A DNA stretch of 62,554 nt from Desulfatitalea sp. (GCA_049287895.1 JBAQGR010000728.1:1-62554); one strand, 5' to 3'. Positions 37,430 through 47,812 are shown, numbered from the stretch's first letter. The notes: generated by a model not told the origin, from the sequence alone. Numbers and translations: made by a program.

Positions 37430-38437
37430 CTAACCACCAATGCGTGACATGCCGCGTTGTGCACCTTGTTCAAAAATCCGGTCAGTTGGATGATGATTAA
37501 CCTTGGTTCTGACCGCCATTTGAATCCGATCCATCAGTGCGGCTTCATCGCAGCCGGATCGCAATGGGACTTTGATGTCGATTTCCTCATCCCTGAGCAG
37601 ACAAGGACGCAATTTACCTTCCGCTGTCAGTCTCAGTCGGTTGCAGGAACGGCAAAAATGGTGGCTAACGGCACCGATCAGGCCGATTTCCCCCTGGGTT
37701 GTGCCTAGCCGATAGCGCTTGGCCGGGCCGTCATAGGCACGACGGTTCAAGGGATACAAGTCCATCACTCGTTCCAGGCGCAGGCGTATTTCATCGATGG
37801 AAACGAACTTGCCCGCGTCCCACATGTTTCGGCAACCGATGGGCATGTATTCAATGAAGCGCACCGTCAGCGCCTCTCGGATCGCCCACCGTCCAAAGTC
37901 TTCCAATTCATCATCGTTAATCCCGCGGATAACAACCATGTTGATTTTCAGAGGATTGAATCCAACCCTGCGGGCAGCTTCGATCCCCTGCAGAACGCGC
38001 TGGAATTGATCCCTTTTGGTGATTTTTTGAAATTTCAAGGGATGCAAGGTGTCCAGGCTGATATTCAGGCGCCTGAGTCCGGCCGCATATAGTTGCGGAG
38101 CCAGATCTGCGAGCAATACGCCGTTGGTGGTCAACACCACTTCTTCAACACCGGCCATGTCGACCATATTGCGGATAAATCCGCAAATGCCCCGGCGGAC
38201 CAGAGGTTCGCCCCCAGTGATTCGGAACTTGCGAAATCCGGTCTTTACGGCTGCCGCTACAATAGAAAGAATTTCTTCATAGCTAAGTATCTCAGTATGC
38301 CTGAAAAGCTGAACATCACCTTGGGGCATACAGTAAAAGCAACGCAGGTTGCACCGGTCGGTAATGGAGATCCGCATATAGTCTACGCAACGGGGACGTT
38401 CGCTATCATTTTCAGCCAAAAGCTGCTCCTTCATCAT
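37430..38437 (-). CDS. moaA: GTP 3',8-cyclase
   Basis: YMRISITDRCNLRCFYCMP, RITGGEP, RFIEYMP, FCRSCNRLR...PCL, C-terminal MSRIGG. Confidence 0.95.
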   Translation of the reverse strand: MMKEQLLAENDSERPRCVDYMRISITDRCNLRCFYCMPQGDVQLFRHTEILSYEEILSIVAAAVKTGFRKFRITGGEPLVRRGICGFIRNMVDMAGVEEVVLTTNGVLLADLAPQLYAAGLRRLNISLDTLHPLKFQKITKRDQFQRVLQGIEAARRVGFNPLKINMVVIRGINDDELEDFGRWAIREALTVRFIEYMPIGCRNMWDAGKFVSIDEIRLRLERVMDLYPLNRRAYDGPAKRYRLGTTQGEIGLIGAVSHHFCRSCNRLRLTAEGKLRPCLLRDEEIDIKVPLRSGCDEAALMDRIQMAVRTKVNHHPTDRIFEQGAQRGMSRIGG

Positions 38438-38520
38438 CAAACACCAGAGTGCTGGAATCTGCGCAATTGAAGCTTGGAACCTTGGAATTGTTGATTGGGC
38501 TGTGATTTGCGATCATCGTT

Positions 38521-38536
38521 TGCAAAAACTACACCA
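38521..38536 (-). promoter_or_regulatory. Candidate sigma54 promoter for the moaA-pup operon
   Basis: Minus strand TGGTGTAGTTTTTGCA (GG-N10-GC), about 85 nt upstream of moaA. Confidence 0.5.
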
Positions 38537-38863
38537 TTATTTACTGCGTGTTTTACAAGCCGTTGCAGTATTCGATTTTTATCAAATAAGCTATTGGGTT
38601 AAAGGAGACTGGAGTTATGGAGGGGCCCTATCCCAACCGTGGTATGAACCCCGTTCGGTCCGGTTGGCGATCCAATTTCACCCCAATCGACCCCAATCCA
38701 TGTTTATAACGGATTTACAAGGGATTATGCATGCGCAAGCCATGCTGGATGGGGCTTTTTTCCCCTTTGCGGTTAAGCTGGGGAATATACCATGAGAATC
38801 AACAATAAACAAAATTACAGATAGTTAGAAAATACTCCACCGCGAAAATGCATCGTTTCTTTA

Positions 38864-38879
38864 TGGCACAGACATTGCT
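38864..38879 (+). promoter_or_regulatory. Sigma54 promoter for the Hdr/Mvh/AOR operon
   Basis: TGGCACAGACATTGCT, near-consensus. Confidence 0.8.
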
Positions 38880-38967
38880 GAATATGTTTATTACAGAGAA
38901 CGGCGGAGAGCCCGGCGTTCAACAACCCATCTAATCTCAATAAATTAGGAGCGGCTTCAAAACTATA

Positions 38968-40965
38968 ATGAAAACCGGAGTAGGCATACTCGAAACCATA
39001 TCATTGAAGCGCAGATCTGGATCACGCAAAGCACATGATCACGTCATCACCGCTTGCTGCCAGGAATGCACCGTCGGCTGCGGGCTCTTGGCCTTTGTTA
39101 ATGAGGAGCGCATTATCGATATCCAAGGCAATGAGCGCCATCCCATCAGCAGGGGGCGCTTGTGCGCCAGAGGCATTGCCTTTGTACAAGGCCTCAATTC
39201 ATCCGATCGGATAACCCTTCCGGGTACGCGCAACCGATTGAATGGTCCGTTCGAGGCATTTGACAACTGGGAGAAAGGCATCGATCTGCTGGCTGAACGC
39301 CTGCGCCGGGTCAAAGAGCACCACGGGGCTGAGTCTCTGGTCATCGGCTGCGATCCCGAAGCCGGTCTCGACTTCTTCTTTGGTGCCTTGCGTTTTGCCC
39401 GCCTCTGGGGAACACCGCATGTCTACCACCCTTTGCAGGAGGCAACCGACACGGCCTTGCCTGCCCAGCTGCGGCATCCCACCACTGAAAGCGCCCAATG
39501 GTCCAATAGCCGCTGTCTGGTGCTGATCGAAGCCGATATGGCGGCGACCCATCCGGTGGCATTTCAGCGGGTGCTGAATGCTCAGAAGCAAGGTACGAAG
39601 ATCATCGCGGTCGATTCACGCTTTACGACGACTCTCTCCAAAGCCGACCATGCAGTGCTGATCCAGCCCAACCGGGGCAACGATCTGGGATTGGCCCTGA
39701 TGAAAATGCTGCTGGCAGAGCAGTTGGTCGACATCCCGGCAGCTGAAACGAAATCCAAAGAGTATCAGGAGTGGATGGACACATTTGCGGCCTTGCCCAC
39801 GGATGGTCTCTGCACAGCTGTCGGCCTGAGCCTCGATAAGATCCGGGCGATCGTCCTTGCCATGGGAAAACACCAACCGACCACCCTCATTACGGCTAAA
39901 CGCCTGGCCTTCGCCCGGCATTACGGCATCTGGCTGACCATGGCCCGAGCAATGGGCTGGCACCAAATGTCCGGCGGTGGATGGTATCCCTTGGAGTCGG
40001 GGGTTCCCCGGCTCGAACCCACGGTCGGACTGGATGAGATCCAACCGACCGTATCGGGTCCCGACAGTGTTGTCTTTCCCTACCAACCCAACCGTTTGCA
40101 GCAAGATTTCCTTGATCATCTCACGATCAAGGCCCTCATCGGCTCGGGCAATTGTCTGGGCGATTTTCTGGCCCCCTTGCAGAAACGGATCAACGATTTG
40201 GACTTGGCGGTTTACTTCGGCAGCTTTCCCAACCGGACGCGCCAGGCCGCCCATATGGTCTTTCCGGCCGCGGCGTGGGCGGAACGGGATAGCATCAGTT
40301 TCACCGATGAAGGTGCCGTACAATGGAGCCCCAGAATCGTCAAGCCCGGAGATGCGTGTCGTACCGGTCTCGGTTTCTGGATGCGACTGGCCCAGCGCTT
40401 CGGATGGGAAGAGTACTTCCCGTGGAAGAAGGCCAATAGCCTGGCCGACCAGAAGGCCTTCTATCAATGGATCTTTGATCACAGCCCCGAAGCCAGCGGA
40501 TTGCAGATGGATCGGATCGAACAGGGAAACGAGCTGGTCTACTGGGACCGGGGCGCTACCGGGTCCTCCCAACCAGACCCGGTCCTGCTTGCGGCTCCGG
40601 AAGCAATTGCCCCCCGGCCGGCCTGTGACGATCCATGTGCCTATCCCCTGGGTTTTCAAGCCACCCGTGCCATGACCCGGTCCGGTGATGCCGGCCGGTG
40701 GTGGCCCTGGACCAGGGAATTGGAGAATGAGATGGGGATCCGCATCCATCCCCGCGTGGCCCGGGCTCTGGAGATCGAAAACGGCGAGACCATTCTGGTG
40801 GCCTCGGAAAATGAAATTATCGAGGGGCCGGCGGCCATCAGCCGCATGGTGCCGCCTAGCCTGGTCTGGTCTCTGCAACGGATGCAAGCGGACCGGGTGC
40901 TGGTTTACCGCAAAGGCCAGGCTCCTGAAGAAGCACGCGATCGATTGAAAGCGATTGAATTATGA
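38968..40965 (+). CDS. Molybdopterin oxidoreductase (DMSO reductase / Mo-W-bisPGD family) large-subunit homologue, divergent
   Basis: CQECTVGC...GRLCARG [4Fe-4S] motif, ATHPV, AVDSRFT, VFPAAAWAERD, IHPRVARALEIENGE molydop-binding domain. Confidence 0.8.
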   Translation: MKTGVGILETISLKRRSGSRKAHDHVITACCQECTVGCGLLAFVNEERIIDIQGNERHPISRGRLCARGIAFVQGLNSSDRITLPGTRNRLNGPFEAFDNWEKGIDLLAERLRRVKEHHGAESLVIGCDPEAGLDFFFGALRFARLWGTPHVYHPLQEATDTALPAQLRHPTTESAQWSNSRCLVLIEADMAATHPVAFQRVLNAQKQGTKIIAVDSRFTTTLSKADHAVLIQPNRGNDLGLALMKMLLAEQLVDIPAAETKSKEYQEWMDTFAALPTDGLCTAVGLSLDKIRAIVLAMGKHQPTTLITAKRLAFARHYGIWLTMARAMGWHQMSGGGWYPLESGVPRLEPTVGLDEIQPTVSGPDSVVFPYQPNRLQQDFLDHLTIKALIGSGNCLGDFLAPLQKRINDLDLAVYFGSFPNRTRQAAHMVFPAAAWAERDSISFTDEGAVQWSPRIVKPGDACRTGLGFWMRLAQRFGWEEYFPWKKANSLADQKAFYQWIFDHSPEASGLQMDRIEQGNELVYWDRGATGSSQPDPVLLAAPEAIAPRPACDDPCAYPLGFQATRAMTRSGDAGRWWPWTRELENEMGIRIHPRVARALEIENGETILVASENEIIEGPAAISRMVPPSLVWSLQRMQADRVLVYRKGQAPEEARDRLKAIEL

Positions 40966-41501
40966 CGATCAAAGCCGAATCCAAACTCAAACGCAACACT
41001 TTGATGATCGAAGGATCCTCCTGTATCGGATGCCATGCCTGCATGGCCGCCTGCAAGCTTGAAAATGACCTGCCCGCCGGTCCCCGGCCCATCGTCGCCA
41101 TTCAGACCGGCCCTCTGGAGACCGATAACGGCTTGACCACCCAACATTGCCCGGCCACCTGTTTTCACTGTGACCGGCCGGCTTGCGTTCTGGCCTGCCC
41201 CACGGGCGCCATGCAGAAACGCGACGACGGGCTGGTTTTTTCGGACCTGCAGTTGTGCATCGGCTGTCAGACCTGCGCGGTGGCCTGCCCCTTTGGACAT
41301 CCGCAACTCAATCCGGCCACGGGCAAAATCGCTAAGTGCGACGGATGCCGCCAGCGTGTGGATGCTGGATTGTGGCCGGCCTGCGCCCTGACATGCCCCA
41401 CAGGCGCCTTGAGCTACGGCTCGGCCCAAGATGTCGTTCATCAGCGCCGCATGCAAGAAGCGGTAAAAATAACCCAAACCTTTACACCAACCAAATATTA
41501 G
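40962..41501 (+). CDS. 4Fe-4S dicluster protein (DmsB/NrfC-like)
   Basis: CIGCHACMAAC, CFHCDRPACVLACP, CIGCQTCAVACP, KCDGC...PACALTCP. Confidence 0.92.
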   Translation: MTIKAESKLKRNTLMIEGSSCIGCHACMAACKLENDLPAGPRPIVAIQTGPLETDNGLTTQHCPATCFHCDRPACVLACPTGAMQKRDDGLVFSDLQLCIGCQTCAVACPFGHPQLNPATGKIAKCDGCRQRVDAGLWPACALTCPTGALSYGSAQDVVHQRRMQEAVKITQTFTPTKY

Positions 41502-41509
41502 GTCGAACC

Positions 41510-42082
41510 ATGTTTCGTCTCAAGGGTCATATCGAAGAGAAAGCCTTCCTGGACCAGGTGATAGAGAGAAGCGGACAGAATCTACTGCAATGCCTTCAAT
41601 GCGGAAAATGCAGCGGCAGTTGTCCGATCACCTCCCAAACCGTCGGCGGACCACGCCGCCTGATCGCCCGGATCCTAAGCGGGATGCAGCAAGAGGCCCT
41701 GGAAGACCCGACCTGGTGGTATTGCGTCAGTTGCGGGACCTGCGCCACCCGCTGCCCGGTGGAAATCAACATGTATGCCGTCTCGACCACGCTGTGCGAA
41801 ATGGCGGCTGAACTGGGCGTCAAAGCCAGCGAAGCGGGCATCCACCTTTTCGAGGAGCTTTTTCTGAAATCCGTGGGAAAAAACGGCCGGGTGCGGGAAC
41901 TTCACACGGTCGTGGAATTTAACCTGCGATCGCTGCGGCCCTTTGCCGATGCCGCCATCGGCGCCAAAATGGCGCTCAAGGGTGTAGTCTCGCCGGCCGC
42001 CATGCTTCGCAAAGGCCGCAGTGATCGCCAGGTTACCCGGATATTCCAAAAAGTCCGGCAGCAACAAAAACAGAAAGCATAA
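41510..42082 (+). CDS. hdrC: Heterodisulfide reductase subunit C-like
   Basis: CLQCGKCSGSCP, WYCVSCGTCATRCP, KNGRVRE. Confidence 0.9.
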   Translation: MFRLKGHIEEKAFLDQVIERSGQNLLQCLQCGKCSGSCPITSQTVGGPRRLIARILSGMQQEALEDPTWWYCVSCGTCATRCPVEINMYAVSTTLCEMAAELGVKASEAGIHLFEELFLKSVGKNGRVRELHTVVEFNLRSLRPFADAAIGAKMALKGVVSPAAMLRKGRSDRQVTRIFQKVRQQQKQKA

Positions 42083-42086
42083 CGCC

Positions 42087-42962
42087 ATGAAAGTCAGCTA
42101 TTACCCCGGGTGCTCTTTGGAAGAGACCGCGGCCGCCTTCGATCTGTCGGCCCGGCGGGTCTGTGACCACCTGGGTGTCTCCCTGGAAGAAGTTCCCGGT
42201 TGGGCCTGCTGCGGCAGTTCACCGGCATTGAAAATGGATCGCCTGCTCTCCACATCACTGGCGGCCCACAATCTGGCCAAGGCCAGCCAGCAGCAATTGG
42301 AAGAGGTGGTGATTCCCTGTCCGTTTTGCTTCCGCCGGCTTCTCAGCGCCCAACAGGAAACCCGGTCTTCCGCCCAGACGCGGCAAGCGGTTCAGGAGGC
42401 CATCGGGGCCGAACTGAACGATGATCTGAAAGTTCTCAGCCTGCTGGGGTTTTTACGTTACACCATCGGCCTGGAGGCCATCGGCGCTAAAGTAAAAAAA
42501 CCGCTAACGGGTTTGAAAGTACTGACCTATTACGGCTGCTACCTGGTCAAACCAGCCTCCGTGACCCAGTACGATGATCCGGAGAACCCGGTGTCCATGG
42601 ATCAGCTGCTGGAAGCATTGGGGGCCGAAGTCCTGCCCTGGGACTTCAAGACCGAATGCTGCGGTGCCAGCCTGGCGGTCAGCAAGACCGATACCGTTTG
42701 CGACCTGAGCGGACGCATCATTCGGGAGGCTACTTACCGCAAGGCCGATGCCCTGGTGGTGGCCTGTCAATTGTGCCAGGCCAATTTGGATATGCGCCAG
42801 GCTCAAATCGGCAAAAGACACGGCACTCACTACCACATGCCGATCATCTATTTTACCCAGCTCATGGGCCTGGCCTTCGGCATGTCCTACAAGGAATTGG
42901 GCATGGGGCGTCATCTGACCAGTCCCAAAGCGATGCTTAAATCAAAAGGTGTCATGCAATGA
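42087..42962 (+). CDS. hdrB: Heterodisulfide reductase subunit B-like
   Basis: YYPGC, WACCG, CPFC, YYGC, CCGAS, CQLCQANLD, YFTQLMGLAFG. Confidence 0.92.
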   Translation: MKVSYYPGCSLEETAAAFDLSARRVCDHLGVSLEEVPGWACCGSSPALKMDRLLSTSLAAHNLAKASQQQLEEVVIPCPFCFRRLLSAQQETRSSAQTRQAVQEAIGAELNDDLKVLSLLGFLRYTIGLEAIGAKVKKPLTGLKVLTYYGCYLVKPASVTQYDDPENPVSMDQLLEALGAEVLPWDFKTECCGASLAVSKTDTVCDLSGRIIREATYRKADALVVACQLCQANLDMRQAQIGKRHGTHYHMPIIYFTQLMGLAFGMSYKELGMGRHLTSPKAMLKSKGVMQ

Positions 42963-45900
42963 AAAGAATCGGAGTCTACATTTGTCACTGCGGCACCAAC
43001 ATCGCCGACACGGTGGATGTGGCCAAAATCAGCGACGAAATCGGGGCCGAATGCAAGGATGTGGCCGTCTGCCGGCACTACAAATACATGTGCAGCGAAC
43101 CCGGACAGAAACTGATCCGGGATGATATCAAAGAGCTGGGGCTGGACTATGTGGTGGAGGCTTCCTGCTCGCCCAAAATGCACGAGCCCACCTTCCGCGG
43201 GGCCGTATCGGCGGCCGGCATGAACCAGTACATGTTCGAAATGGTCAATATCCGCGAGCATTGTTCCTGGATCTCAGGCAATCCCGACCTGGCCACCCGC
43301 AAAGCCAAGGATCTGATCCGGGGCGGCATTGCCCGCGTGGCCCATCACAAACCCCTGCAGGGCAGCAAAAAACCAGTCAACCCCAAGGCCCTGGTGGTGG
43401 GTGGCGGTATCGCCGGCATCACGGCTGCCTTGAAGATCGCCAAGGCCGGGTACAAAGTCTATCTGGTGGAAAAGGAAGAAATCATCGGCGGCCGCATGGC
43501 ACAGTTCGATAAAACCTTTCCCACCCTGGATTGCGCCGGCTGCACCTTGACGCCCAAGACGAGCGAGGTGGGCCGTCATCCCAACATCGAAATCCTGACC
43601 AAATCCCAGGTGGTCGGCGTCAGCGGCTTCGTGGGCAACTTCAATGTCTCCGTCCGGCAGCAGCCCCGCTATGTCAGCACGGAAAAGTGCACCGGCTGCG
43701 GCGATTGCCAGAAGGTCTGCCCCATCGATGTTTCCAGCAAGTTCGAATGCGGCATGACCACCCGGCATCCCATCAGCCGGCCCTTTCCCCAGGCCATTCC
43801 CAACACGTATTCCATCATGCGCAGCGGTCAGCCGCCATGCGAAAATGCCTGCCCGGCCGGTGTCAATGTGTGCGGGTATATGAACCTGGCCGGGATCGGC
43901 AAATTCGACGAAGCCCTGGCCCTGGTGCGCGAAAAAATGCCCTTTGCCGCCACTTGCGGCCGCATCTGCTTCCATCCCTGTGAAACGGCCTGCAAACGGG
44001 GGCAGGTGGATCAGGCGCTGTCCATTTGCTACACCAAACGCTTTTTGGGGGATCGGGAACTACAGAAGGGCGAGTTCAGCCATCCGGCCCAAAAAGATCC
44101 CCGCCAGGACAAAGTAGCCATCGTCGGCGCAGGTCCGGCCGGCCTCTCGGCGGCCTATTACCTGGCCCTGGAAGGCTATCCGGTGACCATCTATGAAAAA
44201 CTGCCGGTGGCCGGCGGTATGCTGGCCGTGGGAATTCCCGATTACCGCCTGCCTCGGGATATTCTGAACGCCGAGATCAACAACGTCAAAAGCCTGGGCG
44301 TGACCATCAAGACAGGTGTCGCCTTTGGCAACGATGTCACTTTCGACAGCCTTGAAAAGGAAGGCTTCAAAGCCTTTTTCGTGGCCACCGGCTTGCACAA
44401 GAGCACCGGTCTGCGCTTGGAAGGCAGCGACCTGGAAGGGGTCATCGGTGGTGTGGACCTGCTGCGCCAGGTCTCCCTGGGCCAAAAGGTGCGCATCGGC
44501 AAAAAAATTGTCATCATCGGCGGCGGCAACGTGGCCGTGGACTGCGCCCGCACCTGCTGGCGCCTGGGGGCCGAGGAGGTGATCCTCCTCTACCGCCGGA
44601 CAAGGGCTGAAATGCCGGCCTCTGCTTGGGAAATTGAAGAAGCCGAGCACGAGGGCGTCAAACTGCAGTTTCTGGCGGCCCCCTCCCGGCTCATCGGCGC
44701 AGACGGCCGACTCACCTCCCTTGAGTACATCCAGATGGAACCGGGCGAACCCGACGACTCGGGCCGACGGCGGCCGGTACCCATTGAAGGTTCCGAAACG
44801 ATACTGGAAGTCGACACCGTCATCCCGGCCATCGGTCAAACGGCCGACATGGATATGCTTAAAAAAATCGGGCTGCAAGTGGATCGCTGGGGCATGATCC
44901 AAACCGACAAGGATTCTCTGGCGACCTCGCGTGCCAACGTCTTTGCCGGTGGCGATTGCAGCCTTGGAGCGGCCAGCTTCGTGGAAGCCGTGGCCCAGGG
45001 GCGCAAGGCGGCCCGATCTATTCATCACCATCTGGCCCATGGGGGTTTGCGACCCATCGAGGCCCCAGAGCCGCCTATGGATAAAACGGTCAGCGAAGAA
45101 GAACGCGGCCGCGCCCGCCCCATCCAGCGTCACATTATGCCCAGCTTGGTGGTTGAAAAACGAAGGCCGGGATTCGCGGAAGTGGAGTTGGGCTTTTCGG
45201 CCGAGATGGCCCAGGCCGAGGGCCAGCGCTGCCTGAGTTGCAGCGTGTGCAGCCAATGCGGCGAATGCGCGCGCAACTGCGGCCCCCAGGCCATCGACCT
45301 GAACGCCAAGGAACGCGTGCGCCAACTGGATGTGGGCGCCATCGTGGTGGCCACCGGTATCGATATCTTCGACGCCCGCCGCTACCCGGAATACGGCTTC
45401 GGCCGCTACCCCGACGTCATCACCAATCTGCAGTTCGAACGCATGTGTAATTCCTCGGGCCCCACCAAGGGCAAAGTGGTCCGACCCAGCACCGGCGAGG
45501 TGCCTCAGAGCGTTGTCTTCATCCAATGCGTGGGGTCCCGGGACCCGGTCAAAGGCAACACTTATTGTTCCAAGGTGTGCTGCATGATCACCGCCAAGCA
45601 GTTGAGTCTTTTCAAACACCACAACCATGACGGCCAGGCCTTTGTTTTCTATATCGACAACCGCACCGGCGGCAAAGGCTATGAGGAGTTCCTGCGGCGC
45701 GGCATTGAACAGGAGAAAGCCCAGTATATCCGCGGCCGGGTGGCCAAGGTGTACGAAGAAGGCGGACGCCTGGTAGTGCGCGGGGAAAACAGCCTGGCGG
45801 GCGGACCCATCGAGATCGAAGCCGACCTGGTGGTTTTGGCCACAGGCCTGGTGGCCCAGGACAACCATATGGACGTGGCCCGGGCCTTGAACCTCTCCAC

Positions 45901-46315
45901 GGACAAAGACGGTTTCTTCATCGAACTGCACCCCAAACTGGGACCAGTGGAAACCGCCCTTTCGGGCATCTATCTGGCGGGCGCGGCCCAGGGGCCCAAG
46001 GACATTCCCGAAACCGTGGCCCAGGGTGGTGGCGCGGCCGCAGAGGTGCTGGGCTTGTTCGGCCAGGGCGAGGTGGAGGTGGAGCCGACTGTGGCTTCGG
46101 TCGATACCCGGTTGTGCACGGGCTGTAAGACCTGTGTGGGGCTGTGCGCCTACTCGGCCATCGCGTTCGACGAAGCCTCCAAAACAGCTACGATCAACGA
46201 AGCCCTTTGCCAGGGGTGCGGCACCTGTGCGGCCGCCTGCCCGGTGGCGGCCATTCAGGTGCAGCACTACACCCCCGATCAACTCTTTGCGCAAATTGAA
46301 GGAATTTTGGCATGA
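42959..46315 (+). CDS. hdrA: Large HdrA (HdrL type) with inserted GltD-like NAD(P)H/FAD module
   Basis: RIGVYICHCG, GGGIAG, KTFPTLDC; insert with GRICFHPCE, GAGPAG, GGGNVA; QCVGSRD, YCSKVCC; C-terminal ferredoxin; 1118 aa. Confidence 0.92.
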   Translation: MKRIGVYICHCGTNIADTVDVAKISDEIGAECKDVAVCRHYKYMCSEPGQKLIRDDIKELGLDYVVEASCSPKMHEPTFRGAVSAAGMNQYMFEMVNIREHCSWISGNPDLATRKAKDLIRGGIARVAHHKPLQGSKKPVNPKALVVGGGIAGITAALKIAKAGYKVYLVEKEEIIGGRMAQFDKTFPTLDCAGCTLTPKTSEVGRHPNIEILTKSQVVGVSGFVGNFNVSVRQQPRYVSTEKCTGCGDCQKVCPIDVSSKFECGMTTRHPISRPFPQAIPNTYSIMRSGQPPCENACPAGVNVCGYMNLAGIGKFDEALALVREKMPFAATCGRICFHPCETACKRGQVDQALSICYTKRFLGDRELQKGEFSHPAQKDPRQDKVAIVGAGPAGLSAAYYLALEGYPVTIYEKLPVAGGMLAVGIPDYRLPRDILNAEINNVKSLGVTIKTGVAFGNDVTFDSLEKEGFKAFFVATGLHKSTGLRLEGSDLEGVIGGVDLLRQVSLGQKVRIGKKIVIIGGGNVAVDCARTCWRLGAEEVILLYRRTRAEMPASAWEIEEAEHEGVKLQFLAAPSRLIGADGRLTSLEYIQMEPGEPDDSGRRRPVPIEGSETILEVDTVIPAIGQTADMDMLKKIGLQVDRWGMIQTDKDSLATSRANVFAGGDCSLGAASFVEAVAQGRKAARSIHHHLAHGGLRPIEAPEPPMDKTVSEEERGRARPIQRHIMPSLVVEKRRPGFAEVELGFSAEMAQAEGQRCLSCSVCSQCGECARNCGPQAIDLNAKERVRQLDVGAIVVATGIDIFDARRYPEYGFGRYPDVITNLQFERMCNSSGPTKGKVVRPSTGEVPQSVVFIQCVGSRDPVKGNTYCSKVCCMITAKQLSLFKHHNHDGQAFVFYIDNRTGGKGYEEFLRRGIEQEKAQYIRGRVAKVYEEGGRLVVRGENSLAGGPIEIEADLVVLATGLVAQDNHMDVARALNLSTDKDGFFIELHPKLGPVETALSGIYLAGAAQGPKDIPETVAQGGGAAAEVLGLFGQGEVEVEPTVASVDTRLCTGCKTCVGLCAYSAIAFDEASKTATINEALCQGCGTCAAACPVAAIQVQHYTPDQLFAQIEGILA

Positions 46316-46812
46316 GTTCGTTTGAACCCAAGATCATGGCGTTTCTCTGCAACTGGTGCTCCTATGTGGCTGCCGATGCCGCCGGCGTTTCACGCTTCAC
46401 CCAACAAAGCAACGTGCGGGTCGTGCGGGTATTCTGCTCCGGCATGGTGGACCCCGGGTATGTGATCAAAGCCTTTGAAAGCGGCGCCGACGGGGTCCTG
46501 GTGGCCGGCTGCTTTCCCGGCGACTGCCACTATATCTCTGGCAATATCAAGGCCATGCGACGCGCTCCCCTGCTCAGCAAGTTGCTCATCGAGCTCGGGG
46601 TCGAAAAAGAACGCTTCAGGCTGGAGTGGATCGCCGCCTCGGATTCGGTCCCCTATGCCCGGATCATGAATGAGATGTGCGACACCATTCGCAAGCTGGG
46701 GCCATATAAGAAACCTCGCAAGGCAACCGTCTTTGCTTCCGGACCGGCTGCGGTTGAAATCCAAGGGGAAACCGGCGATTCATGCTGCTGCTGCGCCAAG
46801 GCTGATAAATAA
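46312..46812 (+). CDS. mvhD: MvhD/FlxD [2Fe-2S] subunit
   Basis: FLCNWCSY, RVFCSG, GADGVLVAGCFPGDCHY, ERFRLEW. Confidence 0.92.
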   Translation: MSSFEPKIMAFLCNWCSYVAADAAGVSRFTQQSNVRVVRVFCSGMVDPGYVIKAFESGADGVLVAGCFPGDCHYISGNIKAMRRAPLLSKLLIELGVEKERFRLEWIAASDSVPYARIMNEMCDTIRKLGPYKKPRKATVFASGPAAVEIQGETGDSCCCCAKADK

Positions 46813-46826
46813 AGGATCTTTTATCC

Positions 46827-47810
46827 ATGAATCCAAATAAAAAGAAGATCGCCATATTCACCGCATCCGGCTGCCGGGGATGTGAACATGCGATTTTGAA
46901 CATCCATCATCAGGTCCAATCCCTTTCACGCTGGGTGGACATTGTCTTCTGGCCTTATCTTCTGGGCTCGGGGCAACCGGAACTGGATGCCTTGGATTCT
47001 ATTGATGTCTGCTTTTTTGCAGGCGCGGTGACCACAGCGGCCGAACGCCGCATGGCCGAGCAACTCAGAGCCAGGACTGAGGTCATGGTGGCTTGCGGAG
47101 CCTGTGCCGCTTTCGGCGGTATGCCCAGCCTGGTGAATCTAAAAAAGGACGGCTGCCAAGGAGTGCAGCAGGGTCCCGATCAAGAGAATACAGGCAAGAA
47201 TCCCATACTGCCGCTTTTGGAAAAACGCGTATCGGCTCTGGAACAGGTCGTGGTCGTGGACTACCTGATTCCCGGCTGCCAGCCCACCCAATCGTTGTTT
47301 TGGGCCGCATTGCAAGCATTGGCCTGCGGTCCCCGCTCTCAGAGCAAACTTTCGTTTGCCGCCTCGCGGTTGCCAGCCAGAGTGGCGCAGGCCATCACTG
47401 CCGGGATCGCGCCACCCAAAGGGTCCTGCTTTGCGGGAGACAAAGCGGTTTGCGCCAGCTGCAGCCGGGTCAAAGAGGAGAAGAAGTTTAATAGCGCCAT
47501 TCGTCCTTATGAAAAATATGAAGAAAGCGGCCGCTGTTTGTTGGAGCAAGGCCTGGTCTGCCTGGGCATTTCGACCCGTGAAGGTTGCGGGGGACTGTGC
47601 ACGGGCGTGGGCCAGCCCTGCCGGGGCTGTTTCGGAAAAGCCGAAGCTGTTTATGATCCGGGAGCCAAAATGGTTTCAGCCATCAGCTCCACCTTCGCCT
47701 CGGACAATAAAATCGAAATCGAGCAAATGGCTGCGAAATTCAAAGATTTGAGCGGAACCTTCTACCGCTATACATCAGCGACCCAATGCGCTTTATTGGA
47801 TAAGGAATAA
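46827..47810 (+). CDS. mvhG: MvhG-like hydrogenase small (Fe-S) subunit
   Basis: CRGCE, GACAAFGG, PGCQP, VCASC, CLLEQGLVCLG...GCGGLC...PCRGCFG. Confidence 0.82.
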   Translation: MNPNKKKIAIFTASGCRGCEHAILNIHHQVQSLSRWVDIVFWPYLLGSGQPELDALDSIDVCFFAGAVTTAAERRMAEQLRARTEVMVACGACAAFGGMPSLVNLKKDGCQGVQQGPDQENTGKNPILPLLEKRVSALEQVVVVDYLIPGCQPTQSLFWAALQALACGPRSQSKLSFAASRLPARVAQAITAGIAPPKGSCFAGDKAVCASCSRVKEEKKFNSAIRPYEKYEESGRCLLEQGLVCLGISTREGCGGLCTGVGQPCRGCFGKAEAVYDPGAKMVSAISSTFASDNKIEIEQMAAKFKDLSGTFYRYTSATQCALLDKE

Positions 47811-47812
47811 GT

